Assembly (NCBI GenBank): GCA_965205015.1
Contig: OZ242029.1
Span: forward strand, 5,344,001 to 5,408,000
DNA from: Candidatus Poribacteria bacterium
GTDB lineage: Bacteria > Poribacteria > WGA-4E > WGA-3G
Direction: 5' to 3'
Length of the DNA stretch: 64,000 bases
This document shows, piece by piece, positions 38,719 through 48,181 of the stretch. Position numbers and translations under genes: made by a program. A model generated the notes under the pieces. The model was not told the DNA's origin. It saw nothing but the letters and a program-made list of their open reading frames with translations, and ran no database searches. Every line of letters starts with the position of its first letter. Position 1 is the first letter of the stretch.

Positions 38719-40041
38719 TTGCACGATGAACTTCAGCGTATTGTCGGCGAATCCGGTATCCTTCCTGAGGAACAGATCGCAGCCTACGCTTTTGATGGAT
38801 ATGTGCCGAAGGCAGTCGTTTTACCGACATCCGCCCAAGAGATACAAGAGGTCCTCCAATTTGCGGTAAAACAAAATTTGTCGGTTATGCCCGCGGGGGC
38901 AGGCACGAAACTTGGTATCGGAAATCTGCCACAGAAGGTAGATATCGTCTTGGCAACAACACGCTTAAATAGTGTGGTGGAATATGAACCTGCAGACTTA
39001 ACCGTAACCGTGGAGGCGGGCATCCGCTTAAGGGACCTCCAGACCGAGTTGGCGAAGCATCGTCAGTATTTGGTGTTGAATCCGCCGTATGCAGACCGAT
39101 GTACCATCGGTGGGATTGTAGCAACAAACGCAAGCGGCTCTTTCCGTTTGCGATATGGGACGGCTCGAAATCAGGTGTTGGGGTTGCGGGTTGTTCGGGC
39201 AGACGGCACCGTTGTCAAAAGCGGCGGCAAAGTAGTAAAAAATGTCGCTGGCTATGATCTTAACAAACTCTATATCGGTGCGTTTGGGACACTCGGTATC
39301 ATTACCGAGGTGACCCTCAAGTTATCCCCCATACCCGTCCGGCAAGCGATACTTACTGCAGATTTTCAGAACGTTCAGGAGGCAGTTGACACGGGTTTGG
39401 CGATTGTCGGTTCACAAACACTACCGATGTTTGTAAATCTGTTCGTTAATTCAGATCCAACACGTCGGGGAACCCAAGGACCCACGGATCAAAATCAGTC
39501 GATGTTAGTCGTTGGATTTGGAGGAGACCCTGAGACTGTGGCGTGGCAATTGACGCAGTGCCAAGGAATTATGGAACGAAACAGTGCGGTCGGTGTGACA
39601 ATTGTAGAAGACGAACCCTTACAGCACCTTCAGGAGACTGTTCAGGAATTCTCAGCGGATAACAGAAATGCCGAAATCGTAGGTGCCAAGTTGAACCTGA
39701 AGCGCACCGATCTCGCAGAATTTGCTTCACAAATTAGGGAGGCGGATTGGACGCGTGATGTACAGATGATGGCGTTGCTCGGGAGCGGTGTGTTATATAT
39801 CACTATTCCTGTAGCATCCGACACCGATTACCCATCGCTTGCGGATACGCTAACGCAACTCCGTCAAACCGCAATATCGAACCAGGGAAATCTCGTCATA
39901 GAAGTCGCACCCCCTGAACTCAAACGGCATATCGACGTTTGGGGTTCCGTCGAAGGAACGCTCAGTTTAATGAAACAGATTAAATCGAAATTCGATCCAG
40001 TCGGTTTGTTGAACCCAGGACGGTTTATTTCGAGTATTTAG
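38719..40041 (+). CDS. glcE: Glycolate oxidase subunit GlcE-like FAD-binding protein
   Basis: EYEPADLTVTVEAG, GGKVVKNVAGYDL and KFDP..LNPGR. TTG start after AAGGAG. Confidence 0.88.
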   Translation: MHDELQRIVGESGILPEEQIAAYAFDGYVPKAVVLPTSAQEIQEVLQFAVKQNLSVMPAGAGTKLGIGNLPQKVDIVLATTRLNSVVEYEPADLTVTVEAGIRLRDLQTELAKHRQYLVLNPPYADRCTIGGIVATNASGSFRLRYGTARNQVLGLRVVRADGTVVKSGGKVVKNVAGYDLNKLYIGAFGTLGIITEVTLKLSPIPVRQAILTADFQNVQEAVDTGLAIVGSQTLPMFVNLFVNSDPTRRGTQGPTDQNQSMLVVGFGGDPETVAWQLTQCQGIMERNSAVGVTIVEDEPLQHLQETVQEFSADNRNAEIVGAKLNLKRTDLAEFASQIREADWTRDVQMMALLGSGVLYITIPVASDTDYPSLADTLTQLRQTAISNQGNLVIEVAPPELKRHIDVWGSVEGTLSLMKQIKSKFDPVGLLNPGRFISSI

Positions 40042-40199
40042 TTTTTATAGGACTTACGCATTCCTCTCTTTTGTAGCATAGGAAACCGTTAGCCTGTGTC
40101 AAGAGGGGGACTGCTGATTGCTTCTTTACTGACTGCCGAGAGCCATTCCTCTAACTGCTAAAAACTGACTGCCGACCGCTAATAAAAAGGGGACGTAAT

Positions 40200-41855
40200 A
40201 TGCAGGAAAAAAGATGGCGAATTCTGTGGATTGATAACCAGATAGCTGATGTAGAGCAATCTGACGGGCACCTTAAGAATCAACATTCTGAAAAACAGAC
40301 CCATATAACATCCGGGCCCTACATCCACTTTCTAAAGTATCGAGGATACGACATTTCTTTAACACACACTATTGCTGAAGGCATTGCGCTGCTGCAAGAT
40401 GAAGCGTATCACGCCCTCCTGTTGGATTATAACGGTGCGACGCGAGAGGGGAATCTGCTTTCGTCCATTCGGCATGTGGATGCGCATATTCCTATTATTC
40501 TCCTAACACGCGAGGGTGGACAGGAAGTGCTGCAGCAAGCAAGTCTTTACGGTGTTGACACTGTTTTTATAGGGAGAGCAGACGATCAGGATGAAACTTC
40601 GTCTCGGCAGTTAGAGACATCGCTCGCTTTTGTACTTGAAAAGCAGACGAACCGAGAAGGATATATACCACAGGCTTACGCGCAGCACTTTAACAAAGCA
40701 CAAATATCGGGTGACACTACACCCGGACGCGATGCCACCGACGATTGGCGGACATGGATCGATACTTATGTGCGTCTCGTTGAATGGGATTTGCGACTGG
40801 ATACACTTCATAACGTTGATGAAATTAAATCCATTCATGAGATGGAGAAACGGGAGGCAAATGCTGCATTCGCTGACTATATTCAAGCCAATTATCACAA
40901 GTGGCTTGTGGGTGAAGCATCGCCTGCTTTGTCTGTGGATGTTGTTTACAAATATGTGATTCCTGAGGTTCAGGCGGGAAAGCAGGTCCTGTTTGTTGTT
41001 ATGGATTGTATGCGATTGGACCACTGGTTGAAGATTGAACCCTTGCTGTACCCCCTGTTTAATATAACCACAGATTACTACTATTCCATTCTGCCAACGG
41101 CGACCCGTTATGCAAGGAACGCTATTTTTAGCGGGTTGTTTCCGCTTGAATTTGCTGAACGACACCCCGACCTCTACGCAGAACCCGATACAGCGCACAC
41201 GAGTATCAACCGTTATGAGAAAGAACTGATGCGCTTACAACTTGAGCGGCACGGCATACTTCTCAAGCCGCCTCTCCATTACTTCAAGATTTTTGATACA
41301 CGCGGCGAAATTCAATATCTACACTGGCTGAACGTTACGGATAGAATTAGTTTGACAGCACTTGTTGTTGATTTCCTTGATATGCTGACACATACGCGGC
41401 ATGAGGTGAACTTACTACAGCAGCTTGTGCCAGATGAAGCGGCGTTTCGAACGCTCGCGCAAACATGGTTTCAACATTCACATCTTTATAGAATATTCAG
41501 GATTGCCGCTGCACGCGGTATGACAGTCGTCTTAACGTCTGATCACGGTTCGCTCCTTTGTCAAAATGCAGCGAAGGTGTCCAGTCAAGCTGAACTCACG
41601 ACGGGACTTCGATTTAAAGAGGGGAAGAACATCTCGTGTTTACCTGAAGCCGGGTGGGTCATAAAGGAACCAGGCGCGTATCGCTTACCGGGTGAAGAAG
41701 CACGAAAAAGTTATGTGCTCGCAAAAGAGGACTACTACTTCGTTTATGAAAGACAATTCGATGTCTATAAAGAAATATTTCAAGGCAGTTTCCAACACGG
41801 TGGTGTTTCACTTGAGGAGATGATTTTGCCTTGTGTTGTGCTGGAACCGAGGTAA
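40200..41855 (+). CDS. PorX-like atypical receiver plus PglZ (alkaline phosphatase superfamily) protein
   Basis: N-terminal receiver-like region, then MDCMRLD, LPTATRYARNAIFSG, DMLTH, TSDHG and FQHGGVSLEEM. Confidence 0.85.
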   Translation: MQEKRWRILWIDNQIADVEQSDGHLKNQHSEKQTHITSGPYIHFLKYRGYDISLTHTIAEGIALLQDEAYHALLLDYNGATREGNLLSSIRHVDAHIPIILLTREGGQEVLQQASLYGVDTVFIGRADDQDETSSRQLETSLAFVLEKQTNREGYIPQAYAQHFNKAQISGDTTPGRDATDDWRTWIDTYVRLVEWDLRLDTLHNVDEIKSIHEMEKREANAAFADYIQANYHKWLVGEASPALSVDVVYKYVIPEVQAGKQVLFVVMDCMRLDHWLKIEPLLYPLFNITTDYYYSILPTATRYARNAIFSGLFPLEFAERHPDLYAEPDTAHTSINRYEKELMRLQLERHGILLKPPLHYFKIFDTRGEIQYLHWLNVTDRISLTALVVDFLDMLTHTRHEVNLLQQLVPDEAAFRTLAQTWFQHSHLYRIFRIAAARGMTVVLTSDHGSLLCQNAAKVSSQAELTTGLRFKEGKNISCLPEAGWVIKEPGAYRLPGEEARKSYVLAKEDYYFVYERQFDVYKEIFQGSFQHGGVSLEEMILPCVVLEPR

Positions 41856-41872
41856 TTGAGGAGAATTAACCG

Positions 41873-43723
41873 ATGTTGGAAATCATCAGACTTCGTAAAT
41901 ATTTACCCTGTTGCCTATTCGTGCTTGTCATAACGATAGCACCTACGCCTATACAAGCGCAGCTGGCAGATTTCGGATTTGGTGAAAAGCCGCCTGTTGA
42001 AAAACTCTCAGCAAAGGGGTATCTCTCACTTGACAAGGTCCAACCGGGTAGCCAATTCCAAATTGCTGTCGTCGTTGAGATTGCCGAAGGGTGGCATGTC
42101 AACGCCAATCCAGCGGGTGAAGGATTGATCGCCACTGAGGTCGTTTTCCCCGATACGCCGCATCTGACTTTCGGTGAAGTCGTATATCCCAAGGGTGAGG
42201 TCTTGGCACTCGGTTCAATAGGAGAAGCACCCGTCTATCACGATACCATTACGATTGCGGTCCAAGCCGATTTAAGTCAAACCACTCCGCTCGCGCCTAT
42301 GATGTTGGATTTGGAACTCACATATCAGGCGTGTAACGATGAGCAGTGTCTATTACCCGAAGTGCTCGCGCTTGAGGTCCCTATTGAAGTTGTGGGGATT
42401 GAGGACACCATTCAGCGGGTGAATGAAGCGATTTTCGCCAATGTCGAATTCGGTACCCCGCCGAGCGATGGGGCGGACGAAGGGAGCCTCGCACGGGCAC
42501 TCTCGGGGGGACGGGTCTGGCTCGCATTAATACTTGTGTTTGCAGGCGGAATCTTGACCAGTTTGACCCCTTGTGTTTACCCACTCATACCGATCACCGT
42601 TTCCATCTTTGGTGCCAATGAATCTGCTGGTTTTCTGAAGTCTTTTCTGCTCTCCGTTGTGTATGTGCTCGGAATCGTTGTGACCTATTCAATTTTAGGT
42701 GTAGCGGTTGCTTCGACAGGAGCAGTTTTCGGGCAGATAATGGCGAACCCATGGGTCGTCGGTTTCATCAGTCTCATTCTTGTGACCTTGGGATTGTCTA
42801 TGTTCGGTGTTTTTGAGATTCGGTTACCGTATGCGGTGCAGAACCGTCTTAACACCGTTGGGGGTACCGGGTTTGCAGGCGCGTTCGCTATGGGAACAGT
42901 CGCCGGTGTTATTGCCGCACCTTGCACGGGACCGGCGTTAGCCGTCGTGCTAACTTATATCGCAACGACGGGAAGTCTCTTCCTCGGATTCTGGCTCATG
43001 TTCACCTACGCCCTCGGCATGGGACTCCTCTTTATCGGTATTGGTACGTTCTCCGGGTTGCTTTCCGCACTCCCACGTTCCGGTGGATGGATGTATGTTT
43101 TGGAAAACGTCTTCGGTATTGCCATTATTACGATGGCACTCTACTTTCTCAAAGATGTGTTTCCACTGTTGCAGGATTTTCTACAGAACACGCCACGATT
43201 TTTCGCTGTTGCCGGGGGTTTCGTGCTCGTTGGGATATGGCTCGGCAAGTTAACCCAACGTTTCAGCGGTATCTCTCCACGGATGCAATTCCAAAAGGCG
43301 TGTGGTCTTTTGCTGGCGGTATTGGGTGCCTATATGTTTGTTGGAGGGATCCAACAACCGGCCGGACCCCACTTGGATTGGGTTTACGACGAATCCGAAG
43401 GATTTGAAATCGCCAAGCGCGAAGACAAACTCGTCATGCTTGACTTTTATGCCTCTTGGTGTGCCGCGTGTAAAGAGCTCGATCATAAGACGTATGCCGA
43501 TCCCGCGGTTGCTGCAAAACTCGATGATTATGTGAATGTTAAACTCGACTTCACCCGCAGCTCCGAAACGACGCAGGCACTGACTGAGAAATATCAGATT
43601 CCCGGATTACCGGTCGTCATTTTCATGGATGCTGATGGAACGGTTCTCAAACGATTCACCGGATTTGTTGGTCCGGAGGAGATGCTTGGCATTCTTAATG
43701 CCATTGAAAAACGCCCACTGTAG
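41873..43723 (+). CDS. dsbD: Protein-disulfide reductase DsbD
   Basis: YQACNDEQC, LTPCVYP, APCTGP and thioredoxin WCAAC. Confidence 0.92.
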   Translation: MLEIIRLRKYLPCCLFVLVITIAPTPIQAQLADFGFGEKPPVEKLSAKGYLSLDKVQPGSQFQIAVVVEIAEGWHVNANPAGEGLIATEVVFPDTPHLTFGEVVYPKGEVLALGSIGEAPVYHDTITIAVQADLSQTTPLAPMMLDLELTYQACNDEQCLLPEVLALEVPIEVVGIEDTIQRVNEAIFANVEFGTPPSDGADEGSLARALSGGRVWLALILVFAGGILTSLTPCVYPLIPITVSIFGANESAGFLKSFLLSVVYVLGIVVTYSILGVAVASTGAVFGQIMANPWVVGFISLILVTLGLSMFGVFEIRLPYAVQNRLNTVGGTGFAGAFAMGTVAGVIAAPCTGPALAVVLTYIATTGSLFLGFWLMFTYALGMGLLFIGIGTFSGLLSALPRSGGWMYVLENVFGIAIITMALYFLKDVFPLLQDFLQNTPRFFAVAGGFVLVGIWLGKLTQRFSGISPRMQFQKACGLLLAVLGAYMFVGGIQQPAGPHLDWVYDESEGFEIAKREDKLVMLDFYASWCAACKELDHKTYADPAVAAKLDDYVNVKLDFTRSSETTQALTEKYQIPGLPVVIFMDADGTVLKRFTGFVGPEEMLGILNAIEKRPL

Positions 43724-43796
43724 GGCTTCGTTTTGAGGGTCCACCGAAGCGACCGTCCTATTATCTTATCCCTTGGGACAGCATACAGGAGTAAAT

Positions 43797-44903
43797 ATGT
43801 CCTTTAATGCAAAATCCTTAGTCTCCTTACGGAGTTGGCTTTTTTATGCAGAAGTGGTGGCAGTCATCGGTTTTGTCGGACTTGCATTTTTCTATATTCG
43901 ACGGGGTACAGCGGGACCCGAATCCCCACCGCTGTCACAGGTAGAGGCTTTCATTCAGCAGGCAGATATCCTCTATGAGAAACAGGATCTCGCCGATGCT
44001 GCCCTTTACTATTGGCAGGCATTACGAGCGTTGGAAACGGAGGATAAAGTCCAGGATATCCGCATAAACGGCAGCCTCCAGACGGGGGCGGAAGTTCGTT
44101 TACGTGCCAATCTCCGCATTGCGGAGATCTATTCACAGAGTAATTGGTTGAAAGATGCGAAGGCGCGTTTGGAATATGCGGCACGCATTCAACCTGAACA
44201 TGCCGGAGTCCGTCTCTTACGCGGCAAACTGTTTCGTGATGAAGGGTTGCTCGCGGAAGCCACCGAAGAATTCCTTGCTGTGCTCAAAAGCACCCCAAAC
44301 AATGCTGAAGCACACTATCTCCTCGGTGTGCTCTATCAGGGGAGTAAGCAGTTTGAACAAGCCGCTAAACACTATGGAAAAGCAATTGAAAACGATCCGG
44401 AGCTGCTAAGCATCCCTTCTGAAAAAGCCCCTATCGGTATCTTGGCTCGCCTTCAGTTGTCGAGAACGTATGCCAGAATGCTACAGAATTATCAGTTCCT
44501 TGATAGGGAATTCACCGAAGAAGATTTGGCTGAGGTTACGCGCTTGGAATCGGCGTCGATTGCTCTCTTGGAGCAGGCGCATGAAAAGATGCCTGAAATG
44601 AACGAGGTTGTTGACGATCTCGTTCGTCTGCTCTTTTCCCGCGCCTCTGCGCTTGAGCGAGAGGATATCGAAACGCGTCAGTATGTGGATGCGCTACAGG
44701 TTTATGAGAGGATTGTCGAGCTTGATCCCGAGGAAGTTCGGGCGTGGGAACGGATGGGTGAAATTTATGCGAGTTTCCTGGGTGATAAAGAAGCTGCTTT
44801 GGAAGTGTACCGCAAGGTGTATGCAATTGAGCCGCACCCGACTGTTTTAGCAAATGTCAAATCGCTGGAGGAGGATGTCGCCGCTGAAATGGAAAGCCGA
44901 TGA
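43797..44903 (+). CDS. Membrane-anchored TPR protein
   Basis: N-terminal TM helix and repeated TPR patterns such as AEAHYLLGVLY...A..HY.KAIE.DP. Confidence 0.85.
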   Translation: MSFNAKSLVSLRSWLFYAEVVAVIGFVGLAFFYIRRGTAGPESPPLSQVEAFIQQADILYEKQDLADAALYYWQALRALETEDKVQDIRINGSLQTGAEVRLRANLRIAEIYSQSNWLKDAKARLEYAARIQPEHAGVRLLRGKLFRDEGLLAEATEEFLAVLKSTPNNAEAHYLLGVLYQGSKQFEQAAKHYGKAIENDPELLSIPSEKAPIGILARLQLSRTYARMLQNYQFLDREFTEEDLAEVTRLESASIALLEQAHEKMPEMNEVVDDLVRLLFSRASALEREDIETRQYVDALQVYERIVELDPEEVRAWERMGEIYASFLGDKEAALEVYRKVYAIEPHPTVLANVKSLEEDVAAEMESR

Positions 44904-44966
44904 GAGGATTTGAACCTCCGACCTACTGATTACGAATCAGTTGCTCTTCCACTGAGCTACACCGGC
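44895..44966 (-). tRNA. tRNA-Thr (CGT)
   Basis: GCCGGTGTAGCTCAGTGG...ACTGA-TTCGTAA-TCAGT...GGTTCAAATCC...CATCGGCT. No CCA is encoded. Confidence 0.95.
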
Positions 44967-44995
44967 TTAGCAAATTATTGTGATTAGAAAGGGAG

Positions 44996-45068
<73 letters not shown>

Positions 45069-45080
45069 GTTAGGTATATA

Positions 45081-45109
45081 ATAATACCATTAAACGGGTG
45101 GGATGTCAA
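45081..45109 (-). promoter_or_regulatory. sigma70 promoter for the tRNA-Phe/tRNA-Thr pair
   Basis: Minus strand TTGACA-17 bp-TATTAT, just upstream of tRNA-Phe. Confidence 0.8.
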
Positions 45110-45233
45110 GTTTTTTTGGAAAAAAGATTATTTCTTTCGATACGTCTGCGCGCACGAACGAAAGGCGCGGAATAACACCTATCTCTATGCTGTAGGGTGA
45201 TGTTTTCGGACCTCGAAACTACGAAATTCGGCT

Positions 45234-46337
45234 TTAGGATTCCAAACGCATCGGCATTACAAGACAGATGTGATTCTCCTCACCGAGCGGTTTAAAGACG
45301 ATAGGCTCTACTTCACTTCTAAATTCTATTGCGATAGATTCCGTCTCAATGTGTCCCAAAGTTCCTATCAACAAGCGGGCATCGATGCCAATCCGTATGC
45401 GTCCAGTGCCGGATTCTACAGGAACGGGCTCGTATGCCTCCCCTAATTCCGGCGTCTTCGCCGAAATCTGGACCTGCTCAGTATTGATTTCCAAAGCGAT
45501 CGCATAGTTCTTCGGATTCGATAGCAACGCAACACGCCGGGTCGCATGCAGCATCTGTTCTTTAGAGACCGCGACGCTGCCTTCCTCAGATTCAGGGATG
45601 ATCTTCTGGTATGGCGGATAATCCCCTTCTACGAGTCGGGTCGTTAAAGTGGCATTCTCATCAGCAAAGAGAATCTGATTTTCAAAAATTGAGATCTGCA
45701 CTGTGTCAGATTCAGCGAAAGTACGAGCGATCTCTTTAACGGCTTTGAGTGGGACGATGAACCCTTTTAGGTTCTCCGACGACGTGAGCGGTTCACAGCG
45801 TGCGAGGGCGAGCCATCTCATATCAGTTGCGACGACTTCCGTTTTATCTGGGAGGAAATTAAAGTAGAGTCCATTTAGGAAGTAGCGAACATCCTCCGTT
45901 GCGGCGGCGAATTCAGTTTTGTGGAGTAGAGCCCGCAGAATATCTCCGTCGATAGTTAATGAGTCTCCGTCAACAGAAGGCAATTGTGGGAATTCTTCGT
46001 CTGGAAGTCCTATGATTTTATAAACGCCGTCCCCACAAGTGAGTTCAACCCGGTCATTCACTGTTGTTGCGAAGTGTATCGGCTTGTCTTCGGGCAATTC
46101 TTTGACGATGTCTGCCAACTTTTTGGCAGAGACAGTGATTGCTCCGTCTTCTTGAATGGCGCCTTCCACTTTCATCTTAATCCCGACCTCCAGATCTGTG
46201 GCGATACATTCAATTTTTCCATCTGCGGCTTGGATAAGAACGTTTGAAAGGATCGGTAGAGTCGTGCGTCCGCTCGCTACGCCTTGTAGCACTTGCAGAG
46301 AATGCAAGAGATCATGTTTTTCAAAGGTTAATTCCAT
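45234..46337 (-). CDS. dnaN: DNA polymerase III beta sliding clamp
   Basis: TTLPILSNVL, ATDLE, EEFP, RYFLNG, RLVEGDYP and LVMPMR. Confidence 0.95.
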   Translation of the reverse strand: MELTFEKHDLLHSLQVLQGVASGRTTLPILSNVLIQAADGKIECIATDLEVGIKMKVEGAIQEDGAITVSAKKLADIVKELPEDKPIHFATTVNDRVELTCGDGVYKIIGLPDEEFPQLPSVDGDSLTIDGDILRALLHKTEFAAATEDVRYFLNGLYFNFLPDKTEVVATDMRWLALARCEPLTSSENLKGFIVPLKAVKEIARTFAESDTVQISIFENQILFADENATLTTRLVEGDYPPYQKIIPESEEGSVAVSKEQMLHATRRVALLSNPKNYAIALEINTEQVQISAKTPELGEAYEPVPVESGTGRIRIGIDARLLIGTLGHIETESIAIEFRSEVEPIVFKPLGEENHICLVMPMRLES

Positions 46338-46366
46338 TTCCGGTTCTCCTTACAAGCATTTTTACA

Positions 46367-46395
46367 ATTTTACCAAAAAAACGCGTTAAAGTCAA
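46367..46395 (-). promoter_or_regulatory. sigma70 promoter for dnaN
   Basis: Minus strand TTGACT-17 bp-TAAAAT. Confidence 0.7.
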
Positions 46396-46440
46396 GCACT
46401 TTTTCAACTTATGTTAAGTAATTTCGACGATGCCGATAAT

Positions 46441-48180
46441 TTAGGTGCCTGCTTGCATGCCCGCGAACTGTTTCTGGAATAGGTCGTGATATACACCGTC
46501 TCGGTGAATCAGTTCGACATGTGTACCGGTTTCAACGAGTTTGCCCTCTTTGAGAACGAGGATTTTATCGGCATCTAAAATGGTTGAGAGCCGGTGTGCG
46601 ATGACGAAACTGGTGCGTCCTTTCATGAGACGTGTGAGAGCCTCTTGGACGAGCGTCTCGGATGCTGCATCCAGAGATGATGTCGCCTCATCGAGAATGA
46701 GGATTTTGGGGTCTCTAATAAGCACGCGCGCAATAGCGATCCGTTGCTGTTCACCGCCAGAGAGTCGAACACCGCGCTCGCCGACTTTGGTCTCATACTG
46801 TTCTGGGAAATTCATGATGAAGTCGTGTGCGTTTGCTAACTTTGCGGCGGCGACGACTTGCTCGTGTGTTACTGCTTCTGGATCTTCCGCACCCAGACGG
46901 ATATTGTAGGCGATGCTCTCAGCGAACAGGTACGGATCTTGAAAAACGATACCGATATGGGCACGTAGAGACTGGATTTGCATCTCTTTGGTAGGAGTCG
47001 TGTCTATCAAAATGCTGCCGTGCTGCGGGTCATAGAAGCGCGGAATTAAGCTAATCAGGGTGCTTTTACCTGCACCACTCGGACCAACTAAGGCAACTGT
47101 CTCACCGGGTTCCGCTTGAAAGTTCATTTCTTGTAAAATGGGTTCTGCTTCGTTATACCCAAAGGAGACGTTCGTGAATTGAACACGTCCGTCGATATGT
47201 TCTATTCGTGTTCCTTCTTGCGATTCTTCTTCGTGCTCATCGAAGAACGCAAAAATACGTCGAGCGGCGACCAGGATCGACGGTATTCCGAGGTGGAGTT
47301 TTACGAGTTGTGACACAGGCGCGTGTACATTGCCAAAATAGTGTATGATAACAAGCAGTTCACCGATGGTGATCGTATCGCGTAGGACATAACCGCCGCC
47401 TATCAGAAATATGAGACCTTGGGCTAACCAGAAGAGGATGATGGTGAACCCGCCGCCTGTCTGTTGGATGAGTCCGTGTCTAATACCGATGGAGATGAGT
47501 CGTTCAATAAACCGGCGTAGGTTCTTTAAATCATAAAATTCTTTTCCTAATCCTTTGAGTTCGCGCGAGCCGGCAATGCTTTCCTGGAGTTTGCTTGACA
47601 GGCGTGCGTTCTGTTCTTGGATGTCCGCACCCATTCGACTGAGCGGTTTATCCAAAACGGCGGGAATGATCATGTTTACGGCGACGAGGAGGAGGGAGAG
47701 AAGACATAACTGATAGTTGATGTATGTGATAATACCGAGTGTCACAATGAGCATAATACCGTTTATGATATAATCACCCGCAAATAGATTAAATCCTTGC
47801 ACCGCTTTTGGCGTGTCGGATGTGAAGGTCGCCATAACTTTTCCAGTCTGGTGCGTGTCGTAAAATTTGAATCCCAATTTGCGTAAGTGGTGGTAGGCTT
47901 CGAGTTGAATGTCTTTCGATCCATTCTCCGAAACCTGCGCTGGGAAGTAAGCGGCGCCAAATCGGAAGAAATACATACCGACTGCTGTCAACGCATAGAA
48001 TCCGCAGGTAGGCAGCAGGAGTTCAGCGTTTTTCGCGATAAAGACATCGTCGATCAGAATCTTCCGAAGCCAGGGCCAAATGAGACTACAGCCTGAATTG
48101 CCCAGTGCGCAGAAGATAAAGAGCAGTTGGAAGTGCCAATACGGTTTTAAATACGACAACAATCGCAGCACGTCTTTCAT
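46441..48180 (-). CDS. ABC exporter (TMD+NBD fusion, MsbA/ABCB-like), copy 2
   Basis: Multi-TM N-terminus, GPSGAGKS, LSGGEQQR, LDEATS and AHR. Confidence 0.93.
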   Translation of the reverse strand: MKDVLRLLSYLKPYWHFQLLFIFCALGNSGCSLIWPWLRKILIDDVFIAKNAELLLPTCGFYALTAVGMYFFRFGAAYFPAQVSENGSKDIQLEAYHHLRKLGFKFYDTHQTGKVMATFTSDTPKAVQGFNLFAGDYIINGIMLIVTLGIITYINYQLCLLSLLLVAVNMIIPAVLDKPLSRMGADIQEQNARLSSKLQESIAGSRELKGLGKEFYDLKNLRRFIERLISIGIRHGLIQQTGGGFTIILFWLAQGLIFLIGGGYVLRDTITIGELLVIIHYFGNVHAPVSQLVKLHLGIPSILVAARRIFAFFDEHEEESQEGTRIEHIDGRVQFTNVSFGYNEAEPILQEMNFQAEPGETVALVGPSGAGKSTLISLIPRFYDPQHGSILIDTTPTKEMQIQSLRAHIGIVFQDPYLFAESIAYNIRLGAEDPEAVTHEQVVAAAKLANAHDFIMNFPEQYETKVGERGVRLSGGEQQRIAIARVLIRDPKILILDEATSSLDAASETLVQEALTRLMKGRTSFVIAHRLSTILDADKILVLKEGKLVETGTHVELIHRDGVYHDLFQKQFAGMQAGT

Positions 48181-48181
48181 G

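Noticed and set aside
45110-46440. oriC near dnaN
   Set aside because: There is no dnaA, recF or gyrB, and no DnaA-box cluster is visible.
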